DNA of 64,000 nucleotides from an uncultured Marinomonas sp. GTDB taxonomy: Bacteria; Pseudomonadota; Gammaproteobacteria; Pseudomonadales; Marinomonadaceae. The position numbers and the translations under genes were made by a program. A model generated the notes under the pieces. The model had not been told where the DNA came from and made no database searches. It saw only the letters and a list, made by a program, of their open reading frames with translations. The stretch's first letter is position 1. Every line of letters begins with the position of its first letter. The stretch lies in contig CALLIL010000002.1 of assembly GCA_938009755.1 (NCBI GenBank), positions 6,420-70,419 of the forward strand. The letters run 5' to 3'. Shown here piece by piece: positions 1 to 8,465 of the stretch.

Positions 1-333
1 CTAGTGTTACTGGTTGCCAGTTATTCCAACCCATTATTAACCATTGCCAGTGCCGTGATTGTTGGTCGCGAAATCGTTATTTCAGCGTTGCGTGAATGGA
101 TGGCTGAAATGGGGAAACGAGCCAGTGTTGCCGTGTCTTACATTGGTAAATTGAAAACCACCATGCAAATGCTTGCCATTTTTATCCTGTTAGGCAGCCG
201 ACCAGACTCTGTCATTGCGCATGTTGGGGAAGCCGTCTTAATTGCAGCAGCAGGGTTAACGCTTTGGTCAATGTACATTTACCTAAAAGCGGCGTGGCCA
301 GAGTTGAGATCCAAAGAGTCGGTCGAAAAATAA
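1..333 (+). CDS. pgsA: CDP-diacylglycerol--glycerol-3-phosphate 3-phosphatidyltransferase (3' part; start lies outside window)
   Basis: IVGREIVISALREWMAE..GKLKTTMQM motif; usual position upstream of the Gly-Cys-Leu tRNA operon. Confidence 0.95.
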   Translation, partial: LVLLVASYSNPLLTIASAVIVGREIVISALREWMAEMGKRASVAVSYIGKLKTTMQMLAIFILLGSRPDSVIAHVGEAVLIAAAGLTLWSMYIYLKAAWPELRSKESVEK

Positions 334-382
334 ACAAAATGAAAAAAAGTACCTAAGTTAGCTATTTATTTGGATTTTTTCC

Positions 383-410
383 TTGACGTGAAAGCTCAAA
401 TACATAGAAT
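383..410 (+). promoter_or_regulatory. sigma70 promoter of tRNA operon
   Basis: TTGACG (383-388), 16 bp, TAGAAT (405-410), just upstream of tRNA-Gly. Confidence 0.7.
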
Positions 411-429
411 ATGCTCCATCTTTTGAGAC

Positions 430-504
430 GCGGGAATAGCTCAGTGGTAGAGCACAACCTTGCCAAGGTTGGGGTCGCGAGTTCGAGCCTCGTTTCCCGC
501 TCCA
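430..504 (+). tRNA. tRNA-Gly(GCC)
   Basis: GCGGGAA/TTCCCGC acceptor stem, anticodon loop TTGCCAA, GTTCGAG T-loop, CCA end. Confidence 0.97.
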
Positions 505-528
505 AAGATGAAAAGATTTCTGATTAGA

Positions 529-602
529 GGCCGGATGGCAGAGTGGTCATGCAGCGGACTGCAACTCCGTGAACGCCGGTTCGATTCCGACTCCGGCCTC
601 CA
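529..602 (+). tRNA. tRNA-Cys(GCA)
   Basis: GGCCGGA/TCCGGCC acceptor stem, loop CTGCAAC, CCA end. Confidence 0.96.
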
Positions 603-613
603 AAATCAGATAT

Positions 614-699
614 GCCCGGGTGGTGAAATTGGTAGACACACAAGACTTAAAATCTTGCGCTGAATAAGCGTACCGGTTCGATTCCGGTCCCGGGCACCA
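614..699 (+). tRNA. tRNA-Leu(TAA), prophage integration target
   Basis: GCCCGGG/CCCGGGC acceptor stem, loop CTTAAAA, long variable arm, CCA end. Confidence 0.96.
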
Positions 700-734
700 T
701 TTATGGTGCCTTTTTTTATGCCTGCACTTTCTTA
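686..734 (+). repeat. attL direct repeat
   Basis: GGTCCCGGGCACCATTTATGGTGCCTTTTTTTATGcCTGCACTTTCTTA, includes tRNA-Leu 3' end; repeated at 47235. Confidence 0.93.
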
Positions 735-831
735 TCTTCTCCTATCCCTTGTAATATCTAGCTTTCAGCTCTTTTCTTGATGTATCTATATTTGTCTTCT
801 TTTCCTATCTTATGCTATCTTTTCCGAAATT

Positions 832-862
832 TTGCACCGAATTTGCACCGCAAATTGCACCG
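832..862 (+). promoter_or_regulatory. Putative integrase arm-type binding sites
   Basis: TTGCACCG three times (832, 843, 855); related TTTGCACC and AAGCACC at 47173-47191 next to attR. Confidence 0.65.
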
Positions 863-873
863 GAGAAGGACCA

Positions 874-1890
874 ATGGCCTCTATTTTTAAGACTGATGAT
901 GGAACGTGGCGCGCTCAAGTAAGCGTAAAAGGTAAGCGTAAGACGAAGCGTGGCTTCTCTACAAAGCGCGATGCGCAAGCGTGGGCTTCTGATTTAGAAC
1001 GTGAAGCCAAGGAAAATACTTCCTCTGATATTCCAGATCGTCCCTTTAGTGAAGCGCTAGAACGTTATCGAGATACCGTTAGTGTAAAAAAGCGTGGTCA
1101 AAAATTTGAGGTGAGGCGTTTAGATCGCTGGTTGGGCAATGGTTCAGATGATGCGGACCCGCTTTGTTTTATTTCATTTCAAAATTTACAGGCGAAGCAT
1201 TTTGCAGAATGGCGAGACAGGCGACTTAAAGAAGTGGCTGTCGGTACTGTTTTGCGTGAATGGACTGTGCTTTCTTCTGTGTGTAGCTATTGCTCAAAAG
1301 AGTGGGGTTGGTTGCGTGAGAACCCTATGACAAAAGTGAATAGGCCGAAAGAGCCTGATGCGCGAACGCGACGCTTGTTAGCTGGCGAGTTTGAGCAGCT
1401 AATGATCGCCACTCAATACGATATAGAAATACCGCCAGAATCGAAAAGCGAGCGGATTGGAGCTGCCATTGTTTTTGCCATAGAAACAGCCATGCGAGCG
1501 GGGGAGATTTGTAATATCACATGGGAAGATGTGAATTTAGAAAGACGCACTGTTCATTTGCCAAAAACAAAGAATGGCAACCCTCGCACTGTTCCGCTTT
1601 CTACAACTGCAGTTAAAGTGTTGGAAAAGCTTAAAACACTTGATGACTGCCAGCGCAAAGCGTTTAATTTAAAATCAGATTCGCTTGATGTGAATTTTAG
1701 AAAAATTCGTAACAAGTGCTTAATAGATGATCTACACTTTCATGACCTGAGAAGGGAAGCGTTGACCCGATTAGCCAAGAAAGTTGACGTGCTTAACTTG
1801 GCTAAAATATCGGGTCATACAGATTTAAGAATACTGCAGCGAGTTTACTATGCGCCTGACATGGGTGATATTGCATTGATGTTGGACTGA
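874..1890 (+). CDS. int: Phage tyrosine integrase
   Basis: TAMRAGE, KTKNG, HFHDLRRE, SGH, YY catalytic motifs; GGAGAAGGA RBS before ATG 874; adjacent to attL. Confidence 0.95.
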   Translation: MASIFKTDDGTWRAQVSVKGKRKTKRGFSTKRDAQAWASDLEREAKENTSSDIPDRPFSEALERYRDTVSVKKRGQKFEVRRLDRWLGNGSDDADPLCFISFQNLQAKHFAEWRDRRLKEVAVGTVLREWTVLSSVCSYCSKEWGWLRENPMTKVNRPKEPDARTRRLLAGEFEQLMIATQYDIEIPPESKSERIGAAIVFAIETAMRAGEICNITWEDVNLERRTVHLPKTKNGNPRTVPLSTTAVKVLEKLKTLDDCQRKAFNLKSDSLDVNFRKIRNKCLIDDLHFHDLRREALTRLAKKVDVLNLAKISGHTDLRILQRVYYAPDMGDIALMLD

Positions 1891-1925
1891 GTAAATTATC
1901 AGAATATTTATAAATGGAGGTGATT

Positions 1926-2177
1926 ATGGAAAAAAATATAGCTCTTGAAAAGGCTTTGCAAGAGGCAGTAGATAAAGCCGAGGTTGGTACAAAAGTAAAT
2001 ATTACAATGAGTGGTGATCCTGTAATCACAAGTGTTGAAATGATCTTTAAAGGTGGATGGGTTGTAAATCAAGATATCCTCCCGGGGAAGTCGTTGGAAC
2101 TAACAAAAGGGGAAGATGGTTATCTTGAAACTATAAATATAACCTTGAAGAATTTTGATGGACTTCAAAGCGCTTGA
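1926..2177 (+). CDS. Hypothetical small protein (cargo between int and xis)
   Basis: GGAGG RBS at 1916-1920, ORF followed by a terminator. Confidence 0.7.
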   Translation: MEKNIALEKALQEAVDKAEVGTKVNITMSGDPVITSVEMIFKGGWVVNQDILPGKSLELTKGEDGYLETINITLKNFDGLQSA

Positions 2178-2190
2178 TGACGTAAAGAAA

Positions 2191-2220
2191 CAAAAAAACC
2201 GCTCTTTAGCGGTTTTTTTG
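2191..2220. terminator. Bidirectional intrinsic terminator
   Basis: AAAAAAACCGCT-CTTT-AGCGGTTTTTTT between convergent genes. Confidence 0.85.
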
Positions 2221-2237
2221 TGTCGGCTTAAAATCAA

Positions 2238-2519
2238 TTAATGGGTGGTTTTTTGCGCCAATGCCCATGACATAACATCACTGGCAACCCAGCGCCAGTT
2301 GGTGCGGTTTTCCGATCCTCCAACATTTCTTGCTTGCGGGAATGTGCGTTTACATGCGACATCACCCATAAATTTCTTTTTTGATAGACCTAGGTAAGCT
2401 GCGCACTCGTCTGAAGACCAGAGGGTTTTGTTGTCTGCCACCTTGGGTTTGTTGAGTGTTTGTATTAGCTGATCAATTTTATCAAGCAATACTGGTGATT
2501 CTTTTTGGTCTGAGTTCAT
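2238..2519 (-). CDS. AlpA/Xis-like excisionase
   Basis: LWSSDECAAYLGLS..FP..RW.ASDVMSWA pattern; last gene of the leftward operon, convergent on int. Confidence 0.8.
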   Translation of the reverse strand: MNSDQKESPVLLDKIDQLIQTLNKPKVADNKTLWSSDECAAYLGLSKKKFMGDVACKRTFPQARNVGGSENRTNWRWVASDVMSWALAQKTTH

Positions 2520-2533
2520 TTATCTTGCCCCTG

Positions 2534-3526
2534 TTATCTTAAAAAATATTTGTTGTTTTCGAGTGTTAAATAACCGTCTTCATGCAATTCTCTTAATGCC
2601 TGTTTTATCCATTTGTAGTTGGTTGATTTTGAGGCTCGCATGGCGGCTCTTACGCCTATCTCGCCATTTGGCATTTCTTTGATTGCTTGCTTGATTTCTT
2701 CCAGTGTTGGACGGCCTGTTTCGTTGTGTTTGGTGTCTTCTGTTTGGGTGTTTGGCTCACTGTTTGGTGAAACGTTTGGTGTTTCTTCATTAAGTGTTTC
2801 TTGCTGTTTTAGTGTTTGGCTTGGTGTTTCACTTTTAGTGCTTGGCGCTGTAATGCCTGTTTTTACTGGTGTTTGGCGTGTTGAGTAGGATGCAAACGCA
2901 ATAAGTGGACATAGATCGACCAAGGCTGCAAGTGCGATCCAAAGCGCCCAGCGCCCAGCACCAAACACTGAGACCAGTGCGGTTGTTGCGTCGGTGTTTG
3001 GCGCTGTTGTTGCGTTTAAATTATTGATGGCTTCGCGGCGTAACGTACTGATTTTGTCGGCTTGTATGAGCAGTTGGCCAGCGTTCCATGTGTTGCCGTT
3101 TTCTTTCGATTTTGCGGCCGATTCTGTGAGTGTTTTTTCTTGTTGCGCGAGGTCTTCGACAACGGATTTTTTAAGTATGTAATCGTTTGAGCTCTGGATT
3201 TGAGTTTGCTGATTGTCTTGGTAACGAGACTCAAAAAAGCCAGCGGTGGCGGATAAACTGATCGTGAATAAAATGGCGGTGATGAAATACATTGCACCAG
3301 CCGCCACATGTTTTTTGGCTTGCCAAAGCTTTGGTGCTGTCGCAGCAAATAAGAATTGAAAACAAACCAACGCTAGCCCAATGATGCCAGCGAGGGCTTT
3401 ATCAATTGGCAGCGTGGTTTGCTCTGTAAACAACAGCACTTCACACACAACCGACACAGCGGCCAAAACAAGCGCAAGAATTAGCATGATAGTGCGCTCT
3501 GTTGTATTTAAAATTAACGGTTTCAT
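2534..3526 (-). CDS. Phage membrane protein (TM helices, coiled coil, C-terminal winged-helix-like region)
   Basis: Four hydrophobic segments, Thr/Pro-rich linker, IKQALRELHEDGYL end. Confidence 0.6.
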   Translation of the reverse strand: MKPLILNTTERTIMLILALVLAAVSVVCEVLLFTEQTTLPIDKALAGIIGLALVCFQFLFAATAPKLWQAKKHVAAGAMYFITAILFTISLSATAGFFESRYQDNQQTQIQSSNDYILKKSVVEDLAQQEKTLTESAAKSKENGNTWNAGQLLIQADKISTLRREAINNLNATTAPNTDATTALVSVFGAGRWALWIALAALVDLCPLIAFASYSTRQTPVKTGITAPSTKSETPSQTLKQQETLNEETPNVSPNSEPNTQTEDTKHNETGRPTLEEIKQAIKEMPNGEIGVRAAMRASKSTNYKWIKQALRELHEDGYLTLENNKYFLR

Positions 3527-3535
3527 GCTGGCTCC

Positions 3536-3853
3536 TTAGCAATTTTTTTTACGTTGCTGGGCTGCATCCCAATAACAAAAAGCAATAAAACTTTCAAAGT
3601 TGTCGTCATGCCTCAAATAGCGCTGATATCTCAGTTGGGCTTTAGTTGGTTGGCGAGCTTGGGCGAATTCATCAAGGTATGTGACTTCCCAAGTTGGGTG
3701 ACAATTAGAGATCACTCCCGGCTTATCAGAATCAAAATTAACACCAAGATAATGACTATTGTTTTTTATGATGAGACCGGGCTTTCCGTTTACGATTACC
3801 TTTCTGCCGATATCGGCAGGAACGTTGTAAGTTTCTTTGATGTAATTTTCCAT
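3536..3853 (-). CDS. Conserved phage hypothetical protein
   Basis: VPADIGRKV..YLGVNFD..CHPTW pattern familiar from phage early regions. Confidence 0.65.
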   Translation of the reverse strand: MENYIKETYNVPADIGRKVIVNGKPGLIIKNNSHYLGVNFDSDKPGVISNCHPTWEVTYLDEFAQARQPTKAQLRYQRYLRHDDNFESFIAFCYWDAAQQRKKNC

Positions 3854-3855
3854 TA

Positions 3856-4404
3856 TTACTCTCCTTGCTTTTCCGTAAGCGACTCAATCCAATTTCTTAA
3901 CTGCGCTGTTTCCTTCGTGAAATACAGAGATATTCCATAGGTAAAGACTTCTGCACTTTCGTGGTATCGGCTGGCGATCGCAAGGGCTTCTTTTTCTGTG
4001 AAGCAGGTCTGAAGAACAACGTCGATTTGTTGTACTGCAAGCTTATTCACTTCGTCGTGAAAGTCTTCGATGTCTTCGGATAAGTTGAATTTTTCTATAA
4101 ATAGCTCTCTGATATCTCGGCCATCATTCAATTCATTTTCGTGGTTTTTCGCTACCCAGTCCGAACAAGTTTCTTCGCAGTAATCCAGTAGATAGTCTTT
4201 TGCATCCTCTTCGCTCCCTGTATCGCTGCGAAAGAATTCGCCATCATCGTCAGTCAGAATAAAGTGATGTTCGCTATAACCTTCTTTGGTGACAAAGTAC
4301 TGGTGCTGCCTAACCTGATAGATCACATCTGATGTGCAACGATTATCTTGGCTGTTCATCTGGCGTGACATTTCTAATAAAAAATCTGGCAATTCTGTTT
4401 TCAT
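3856..4404 (-). CDS. Ead/Ea22-like phage early protein
   Basis: QDNRCTSD..YQV and CFTE..A..YG.SL motifs. Confidence 0.55.
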   Translation of the reverse strand: MKTELPDFLLEMSRQMNSQDNRCTSDVIYQVRQHQYFVTKEGYSEHHFILTDDDGEFFRSDTGSEEDAKDYLLDYCEETCSDWVAKNHENELNDGRDIRELFIEKFNLSEDIEDFHDEVNKLAVQQIDVVLQTCFTEKEALAIASRYHESAEVFTYGISLYFTKETAQLRNWIESLTEKQGE

Positions 4405-4428
4405 GACTACTCTCCTTGTCTTTTAGGC

Positions 4429-4896
4429 TTATGCTGCGTTTTCGTTGTGTTTTGCTATTTGCTTTAGTGCAGGTTCATAGCCGTTGCTGGTTTTTATGAA
4501 GACGCTGCGCTCGGTGGCTATGATGTTGCCGTGCTCGTCTCGTGGGTTTGCCCAGTTTTTTGGGTTCGCGTAATCCGATAGGGCGGACAGTGCGTGATTT
4601 TTATGCAGCTCGTCTGGGCTTTGCAGTAAGCTACTGATGCGTGAATGAGCGTTATTTAATGACGATTCAAGAGAGGCAATCTGGCTCTGTAGGGCCGTGT
4701 TTCTCATGTTCAGTCGTTTGTTTTCAGCGGCTTGCTGTGCGATTGCATCGCGTGTGCTGTCGGATAGAGACGCGATGACAGACATGGCTTCGAGCCCTTC
4801 TATGGCGGCTACCAGCTCTCGCACACTGATTTCGTTGCCAAATTCGTCATGGCCAGCAAGCGCGGTTAAATTCCAATTAATAGTGGCTGTTTTCAT
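4429..4896 (-). CDS. Phage hypothetical coiled-coil protein
   Basis: Coupled ORF in the leftward operon. Confidence 0.6.
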   Translation of the reverse strand: MKTATINWNLTALAGHDEFGNEISVRELVAAIEGLEAMSVIASLSDSTRDAIAQQAAENKRLNMRNTALQSQIASLESSLNNAHSRISSLLQSPDELHKNHALSALSDYANPKNWANPRDEHGNIIATERSVFIKTSNGYEPALKQIAKHNENAA

Positions 4897-5516
4897 GCTG
4901 CTGGCTCCTGTTTTTTACCGTTCAGTTCTGCAATTTTGAATTCGATTACCCACACCCATTCGTTGTTTTTCCATGAGTTTGGATAAACGCCTTGCCAAAG
5001 ATCTTGAAAGTCACTCTTGCTTTTAGCACCTTCAGCTTTGGAGTCTTTTTCGGTGATGTCTTGCACTCGCTCAAGGCGTACATCGGTGATTTCAAGCACT
5101 AAACGGCAAGCCCAACGAGGCATGTGGATCGATGGTCTCCATTTAATGGCTTCAAACCAGCCTTCTTCTAAGTCGCTTGGATTGTGTGTAGCTCGATAAG
5201 CTATTGTTGATTCAGTGCAAAGCCCCATTGCAAATGTCTCACGCACCCATAAGTGATCGCCTAGCGTGCCGAATGGGGAAACTTCAATATCCATTTCTGG
5301 AAAGTTGGTGCCAACACCGCGGCGTTTCAGCATTCCCCATTTGCCTTTCTTTGGGTGACTAGACGTAATGCGGAAAAGTGATCCACCTTTTTCGGCGTCT
5401 TCAAACTCCCAGCCATTCTTTGGTTGGTTTTTGATTGGCCTACGAGTCTGGGTTTTACGGCCATCAAGAATGGCTTTCACCATGTCGGTGTTGAACAGGA
5501 TAGGGCGCTCTTTCAT
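4893..5516 (-). CDS. ASCH/PUA-like phage protein
   Basis: MKERPILFN..GRKTQTRR..WVRETF..WRPSIHMPRWA..WVWVIEF. Confidence 0.8.
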   Translation of the reverse strand: MKERPILFNTDMVKAILDGRKTQTRRPIKNQPKNGWEFEDAEKGGSLFRITSSHPKKGKWGMLKRRGVGTNFPEMDIEVSPFGTLGDHLWVRETFAMGLCTESTIAYRATHNPSDLEEGWFEAIKWRPSIHMPRWACRLVLEITDVRLERVQDITEKDSKAEGAKSKSDFQDLWQGVYPNSWKNNEWVWVIEFKIAELNGKKQEPAA

Positions 5517-6427
5517 GCTGCTTGCTCCTGTTCTGGCGCGGTGATTTCAAACCAGCTTTGTAGGCTGCAGAAAAATTTTCGGATGGTTAGTGATGTAATA
5601 GAAAAGTTGGCGTCCATGTCTGACATTGCACCGCCTTGTGAGTCATTGAATGCCGCTTCTTTAATGGCGTCGTCCCATTTGATTTTACGAATGGTCAGGT
5701 CGTCATGAAGTACGAAATTGAACTTTTCGGACCAGCGTAGCGCGAGGCTTTTCACGCTCATGCCTTGTTCTAAATGACGGGTTACGTCTTCGCTTAGCGG
5801 CTCAAGGGACTTGAATGCAATGCGCGCTTTGTCTTCGCTGCGGTCTTGAATGTCGCACTCGTCACCAGTTTCTAGTGGTGCTGGCACTGCGTTTTTGAGC
5901 AACCAATCCGTCATTAATGATGGCGGTGATACTTGCGCTTGCAGCGGCATCATTGGGAAGCTGCCAAGCATGATTTGAAGGTGCTTAAATGCGAGTTCGA
6001 CCATGGCGGCTGTGGTGCTGTAGATCACGACTATTTGAGCCGCATTGTCTATGTGCATCCAAATGTCTGTGCGCTTCGGGAAAGCCTTCGGGCGTAACGT
6101 AAAGACAAGCTCGTCTTTCATGTCAGCCTTTTCTTTGTGCCCCACTTTTCGGCCTTCGATTAGCTCAATGTCAGCGACTTTCTTATCAAGCTCTTCGCGA
6201 ATAAACGCACTCGGCAGTACTTTTTCTTCTTTACCGAAGCGCATTAAAAAGCAGTTATTTGAATGCAGAAACCATGTTTCGCTGTTGCGAACAAGTGGCA
6301 AGGCTCCGAAAGAATACTCGTCTTGAGCGCCGCACTCTTTAAGCGGGTGCTCTGGTAAGGCGGCTTCCAGAGCGCTTAGATCGATGCGCGCTGGTAGCTG
6401 AAAAATAGTAGCGTTTGAATAAAACAT
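5513..6427 (-). CDS. rdgC: Recombination-associated protein RdgC (phage copy)
   Basis: EEKVLPSAFIREEL..GRKVGHKEKADMKDE..LRPKAF..F.LHDDLTIRKIKW. Confidence 0.9.
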   Translation of the reverse strand: MFYSNATIFQLPARIDLSALEAALPEHPLKECGAQDEYSFGALPLVRNSETWFLHSNNCFLMRFGKEEKVLPSAFIREELDKKVADIELIEGRKVGHKEKADMKDELVFTLRPKAFPKRTDIWMHIDNAAQIVVIYSTTAAMVELAFKHLQIMLGSFPMMPLQAQVSPPSLMTDWLLKNAVPAPLETGDECDIQDRSEDKARIAFKSLEPLSEDVTRHLEQGMSVKSLALRWSEKFNFVLHDDLTIRKIKWDDAIKEAAFNDSQGGAMSDMDANFSITSLTIRKFFCSLQSWFEITAPEQEQAA

Positions 6428-6436
6428 GGTTTCTCC

Positions 6437-6643
6437 TTAAACCGCTTTGGCTTCTGGGTCGCGTTCTAGCAGTTCGTTACGCACGATGTTGATGTGTTTT
6501 TCTGCTGAAAAACCAAGGCGGCTTTGCTTTCCGTTTGGTTGAAGGCATTTCACTTCGATGGTTTGTTCTTCTGAACTCGGCGGCACTTTGATTGTTATTT
6601 TTTCATCTGGCCTACGAGATAAAACTAAAAATCCGTCACTCAT
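6437..6643 (-). CDS. CsrA/RsmA-like RNA-binding protein
   Basis: LVLSRRPDEKITI..RLGFSAEKHINIVRNEL; AGGAG RBS before ATG 6643. Confidence 0.85.
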   Translation of the reverse strand: MSDGFLVLSRRPDEKITIKVPPSSEEQTIEVKCLQPNGKQSRLGFSAEKHINIVRNELLERDPEAKAV

Positions 6644-6653
6644 ATCTTTCTCC

Positions 6654-7028
6654 TTATTTATTTGGGTAGCTTTGTGGTGCTCTGTTCTGCGGGTGCATTG
6701 GTTGTTGCTGTTGCGGCATTTGCTGTTGCTGTGGTGCATTTCCCCAAGAGCCGAATGATTGTGGTTGTGGTTCGTAACCTTGCTGTTGGTTTGCGCTATC
6801 CCAAAAAATAAACAGCTTTGTGCTTGCTTGAATGCCGACTGGAACAGAGTCTAAGTCGATGTTTATTTGTGGCATTGGTGAGCCGTCTTCCGATGGCCAA
6901 GCAGTTACTCTGCCTAGTGTTGCGTATCGGTTTTTCATTTTCGGCTGATTGTTTGGTCCTATTTCGTTGCTTTGATATGTTTCTGCAGCGTAGGTTAATC
7001 GGCCGTGTGCTAGCGGTTGTCTTGCCAT
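6654..7028 (-). CDS. Putative single-stranded DNA-binding protein with Q/P-rich tail
   Basis: KNRYATLG..IDLDSVPVG core and low-complexity tail; next to rdgC. Confidence 0.5.
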   Translation of the reverse strand: MARQPLAHGRLTYAAETYQSNEIGPNNQPKMKNRYATLGRVTAWPSEDGSPMPQINIDLDSVPVGIQASTKLFIFWDSANQQQGYEPQPQSFGSWGNAPQQQQMPQQQQPMHPQNRAPQSYPNK

Positions 7029-7037
7029 GGTTTTCTC

Positions 7038-7481
7038 CTATACGTGGATGGTGTCTAGTTCGTTGTCACGGTTACGTCTCGTGATTCGGTTGTTTTGGGT
7101 TTGTCGCTCGCCACGGTTGTGGCGGGTGAGTTCGTAGTCGTCTACACCAAAAAAAGGCGTGTCTTGAAGACAAACCAAGCAAGCGAGTACACCAAATGCG
7201 GTGGCGCTTAGGCGTTTTGCGGCTGAGTGAGAGCTGATGAATTTGCGCTTTAAATCGCCAATATGTATGGCAATCGCTACGGCGTGGGTGGTGTTTTTAC
7301 CGTGATAATAAGCGCGAGCCGCATTCAGATGATGAACAACAGTGGGTTTGGCTTTACCAAGTTGGTGTGCAATGGTTTTTGCTGGTAAACCGCTGGCAAA
7401 CAATGCCAAAGGCTCTAGCTGTGTGATATTTAATGAAGCGTTTTTTGCTGGATAAAACGTTATGTTTTCTACTGACATCAT
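7038..7481 (-). CDS. LuxR/GerE-type HTH protein
   Basis: LALFASGLPAKTIAHQLGKAKPTVVHHLNAA..NTTHAVAIAI. Confidence 0.75.
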   Translation of the reverse strand: MMSVENITFYPAKNASLNITQLEPLALFASGLPAKTIAHQLGKAKPTVVHHLNAARAYYHGKNTTHAVAIAIHIGDLKRKFISSHSAAKRLSATAFGVLACLVCLQDTPFFGVDDYELTRHNRGERQTQNNRITRRNRDNELDTIHV

Positions 7482-7566
7482 GTCATCTCCTTAACTTATA
7501 TTTCTAAATATATACAATAAATATATTTATAGTCAAATTAGTTTAAATAGTTTTACATTTAACAAC

Positions 7567-7584
7567 ACTGTTTATGCATACAGT
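7567..7584. promoter_or_regulatory. LexA (SOS) box
   Basis: ACTGT-TTATGCAT-ACAGT fits the gammaproteobacterial CTGT-N8-ACAG consensus. Confidence 0.8.
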
Positions 7585-7697
7585 ATTTTAGTGTTAGGAT
7601 AATAAAAACAAGGGATTAGAGCGGCTAAAATTTTTTTAAAAAATAGGCGTTTTGTGGTGTTTTTTTGTATGGGAAACGGACAGAGGGAGTCTTCACG

Positions 7698-7814
7698 ATG
7701 GGAAATCGCGAGAAAGTTCAGAGATTAAAAAGCCTCTTACGCAGGGCGCAAGAGGCTGGTCAGTTAGGAATGGTTTTGTATTATGAGGTTTTAATAGAAG
7801 GGCTTTCTAGTTAA
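7698..7814 (+). CDS. 38-aa small ORF, candidate SOS-induced antirepressor (absent from ORF track)
   Basis: AGAGGGAG RBS; MGNREKVQRLKSLLRRAQEAGQLGMVLYYEVLIEGLSS; downstream of the LexA box. Confidence 0.45.
   Translation: MGNREKVQRLKSLLRRAQEAGQLGMVLYYEVLIEGLSS
7727..7757 (-). terminator. Terminator of repressor/OMP transcript
   Basis: Minus strand AGCCTCTT..AAGAGGCT followed by TTTT. Confidence 0.65.
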
Positions 7815-8406
7815 ACGTGTACGCCCATTTAAACTCTGTAAAAGTGGCGTCATCGTATTGAGACGTTGCCAGTGCAAACGAGTGTTTTTCTGATGCGTGG
7901 TAAGCCGCTGATAGATTTAACCCCGTGTCAGAATCGCCGTCTATAGAGAGCCTTGTTATCGATGCGCCTATTTCAATATCTTCTGTAACAAGCGATCTTA
8001 ATCCCGCTTCTAGAGCGCTTCCACTCGTTGAGGTGGACGTTTCAATTGTATAACCGCTGCTCGTGGTAGTGGTTGCTGAGACTGTATAATCTTCATACGA
8101 CACTTTTCCGAACAAGTCTGTGCTGTCCGAAATGGCGTGGCGATAACCTAAGCCAAGGGACACTCTGAATAAGCCTATTTCTACGTTTGTGCCTTCCAAT
8201 GTTTCTGATGTTGATTCAAAGCGACCCGCAATAAACACATCGTCTGTAATCAACTTTGTGCCGCTCGCGGCCAAGCCTGAAAGGCTGTAGTCATCAATGT
8301 TAACGCTGGCGATTGAGGCAGACACTTGAGTCCATGGAATGGTGTCTATCGCCATGGCTGGCAATGATAAAGTCGAGAGCATGATTGGAAGTAATAGTTT
8401 TTTCAT
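7807..8406 (-). CDS. Outer-membrane beta-barrel protein
   Basis: Signal peptide MKKLLLPIML..AMA, alternating beta strands, C-terminal WAYTFN. Confidence 0.8.
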   Translation of the reverse strand: MKKLLLPIMLSTLSLPAMAIDTIPWTQVSASIASVNIDDYSLSGLAASGTKLITDDVFIAGRFESTSETLEGTNVEIGLFRVSLGLGYRHAISDSTDLFGKVSYEDYTVSATTTTSSGYTIETSTSTSGSALEAGLRSLVTEDIEIGASITRLSIDGDSDTGLNLSAAYHASEKHSFALATSQYDDATFTEFKWAYTFN

Positions 8407-8465
8407 TGGTTTCTCCGTGCCCGTTTTTTGGCGCAATGTCTTGGGCAGAAACATTGCGCAATGAA

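Noticed and set aside
460-663. 67-aa ORF from the track
   Set aside because: Lies over three tRNA genes; spurious
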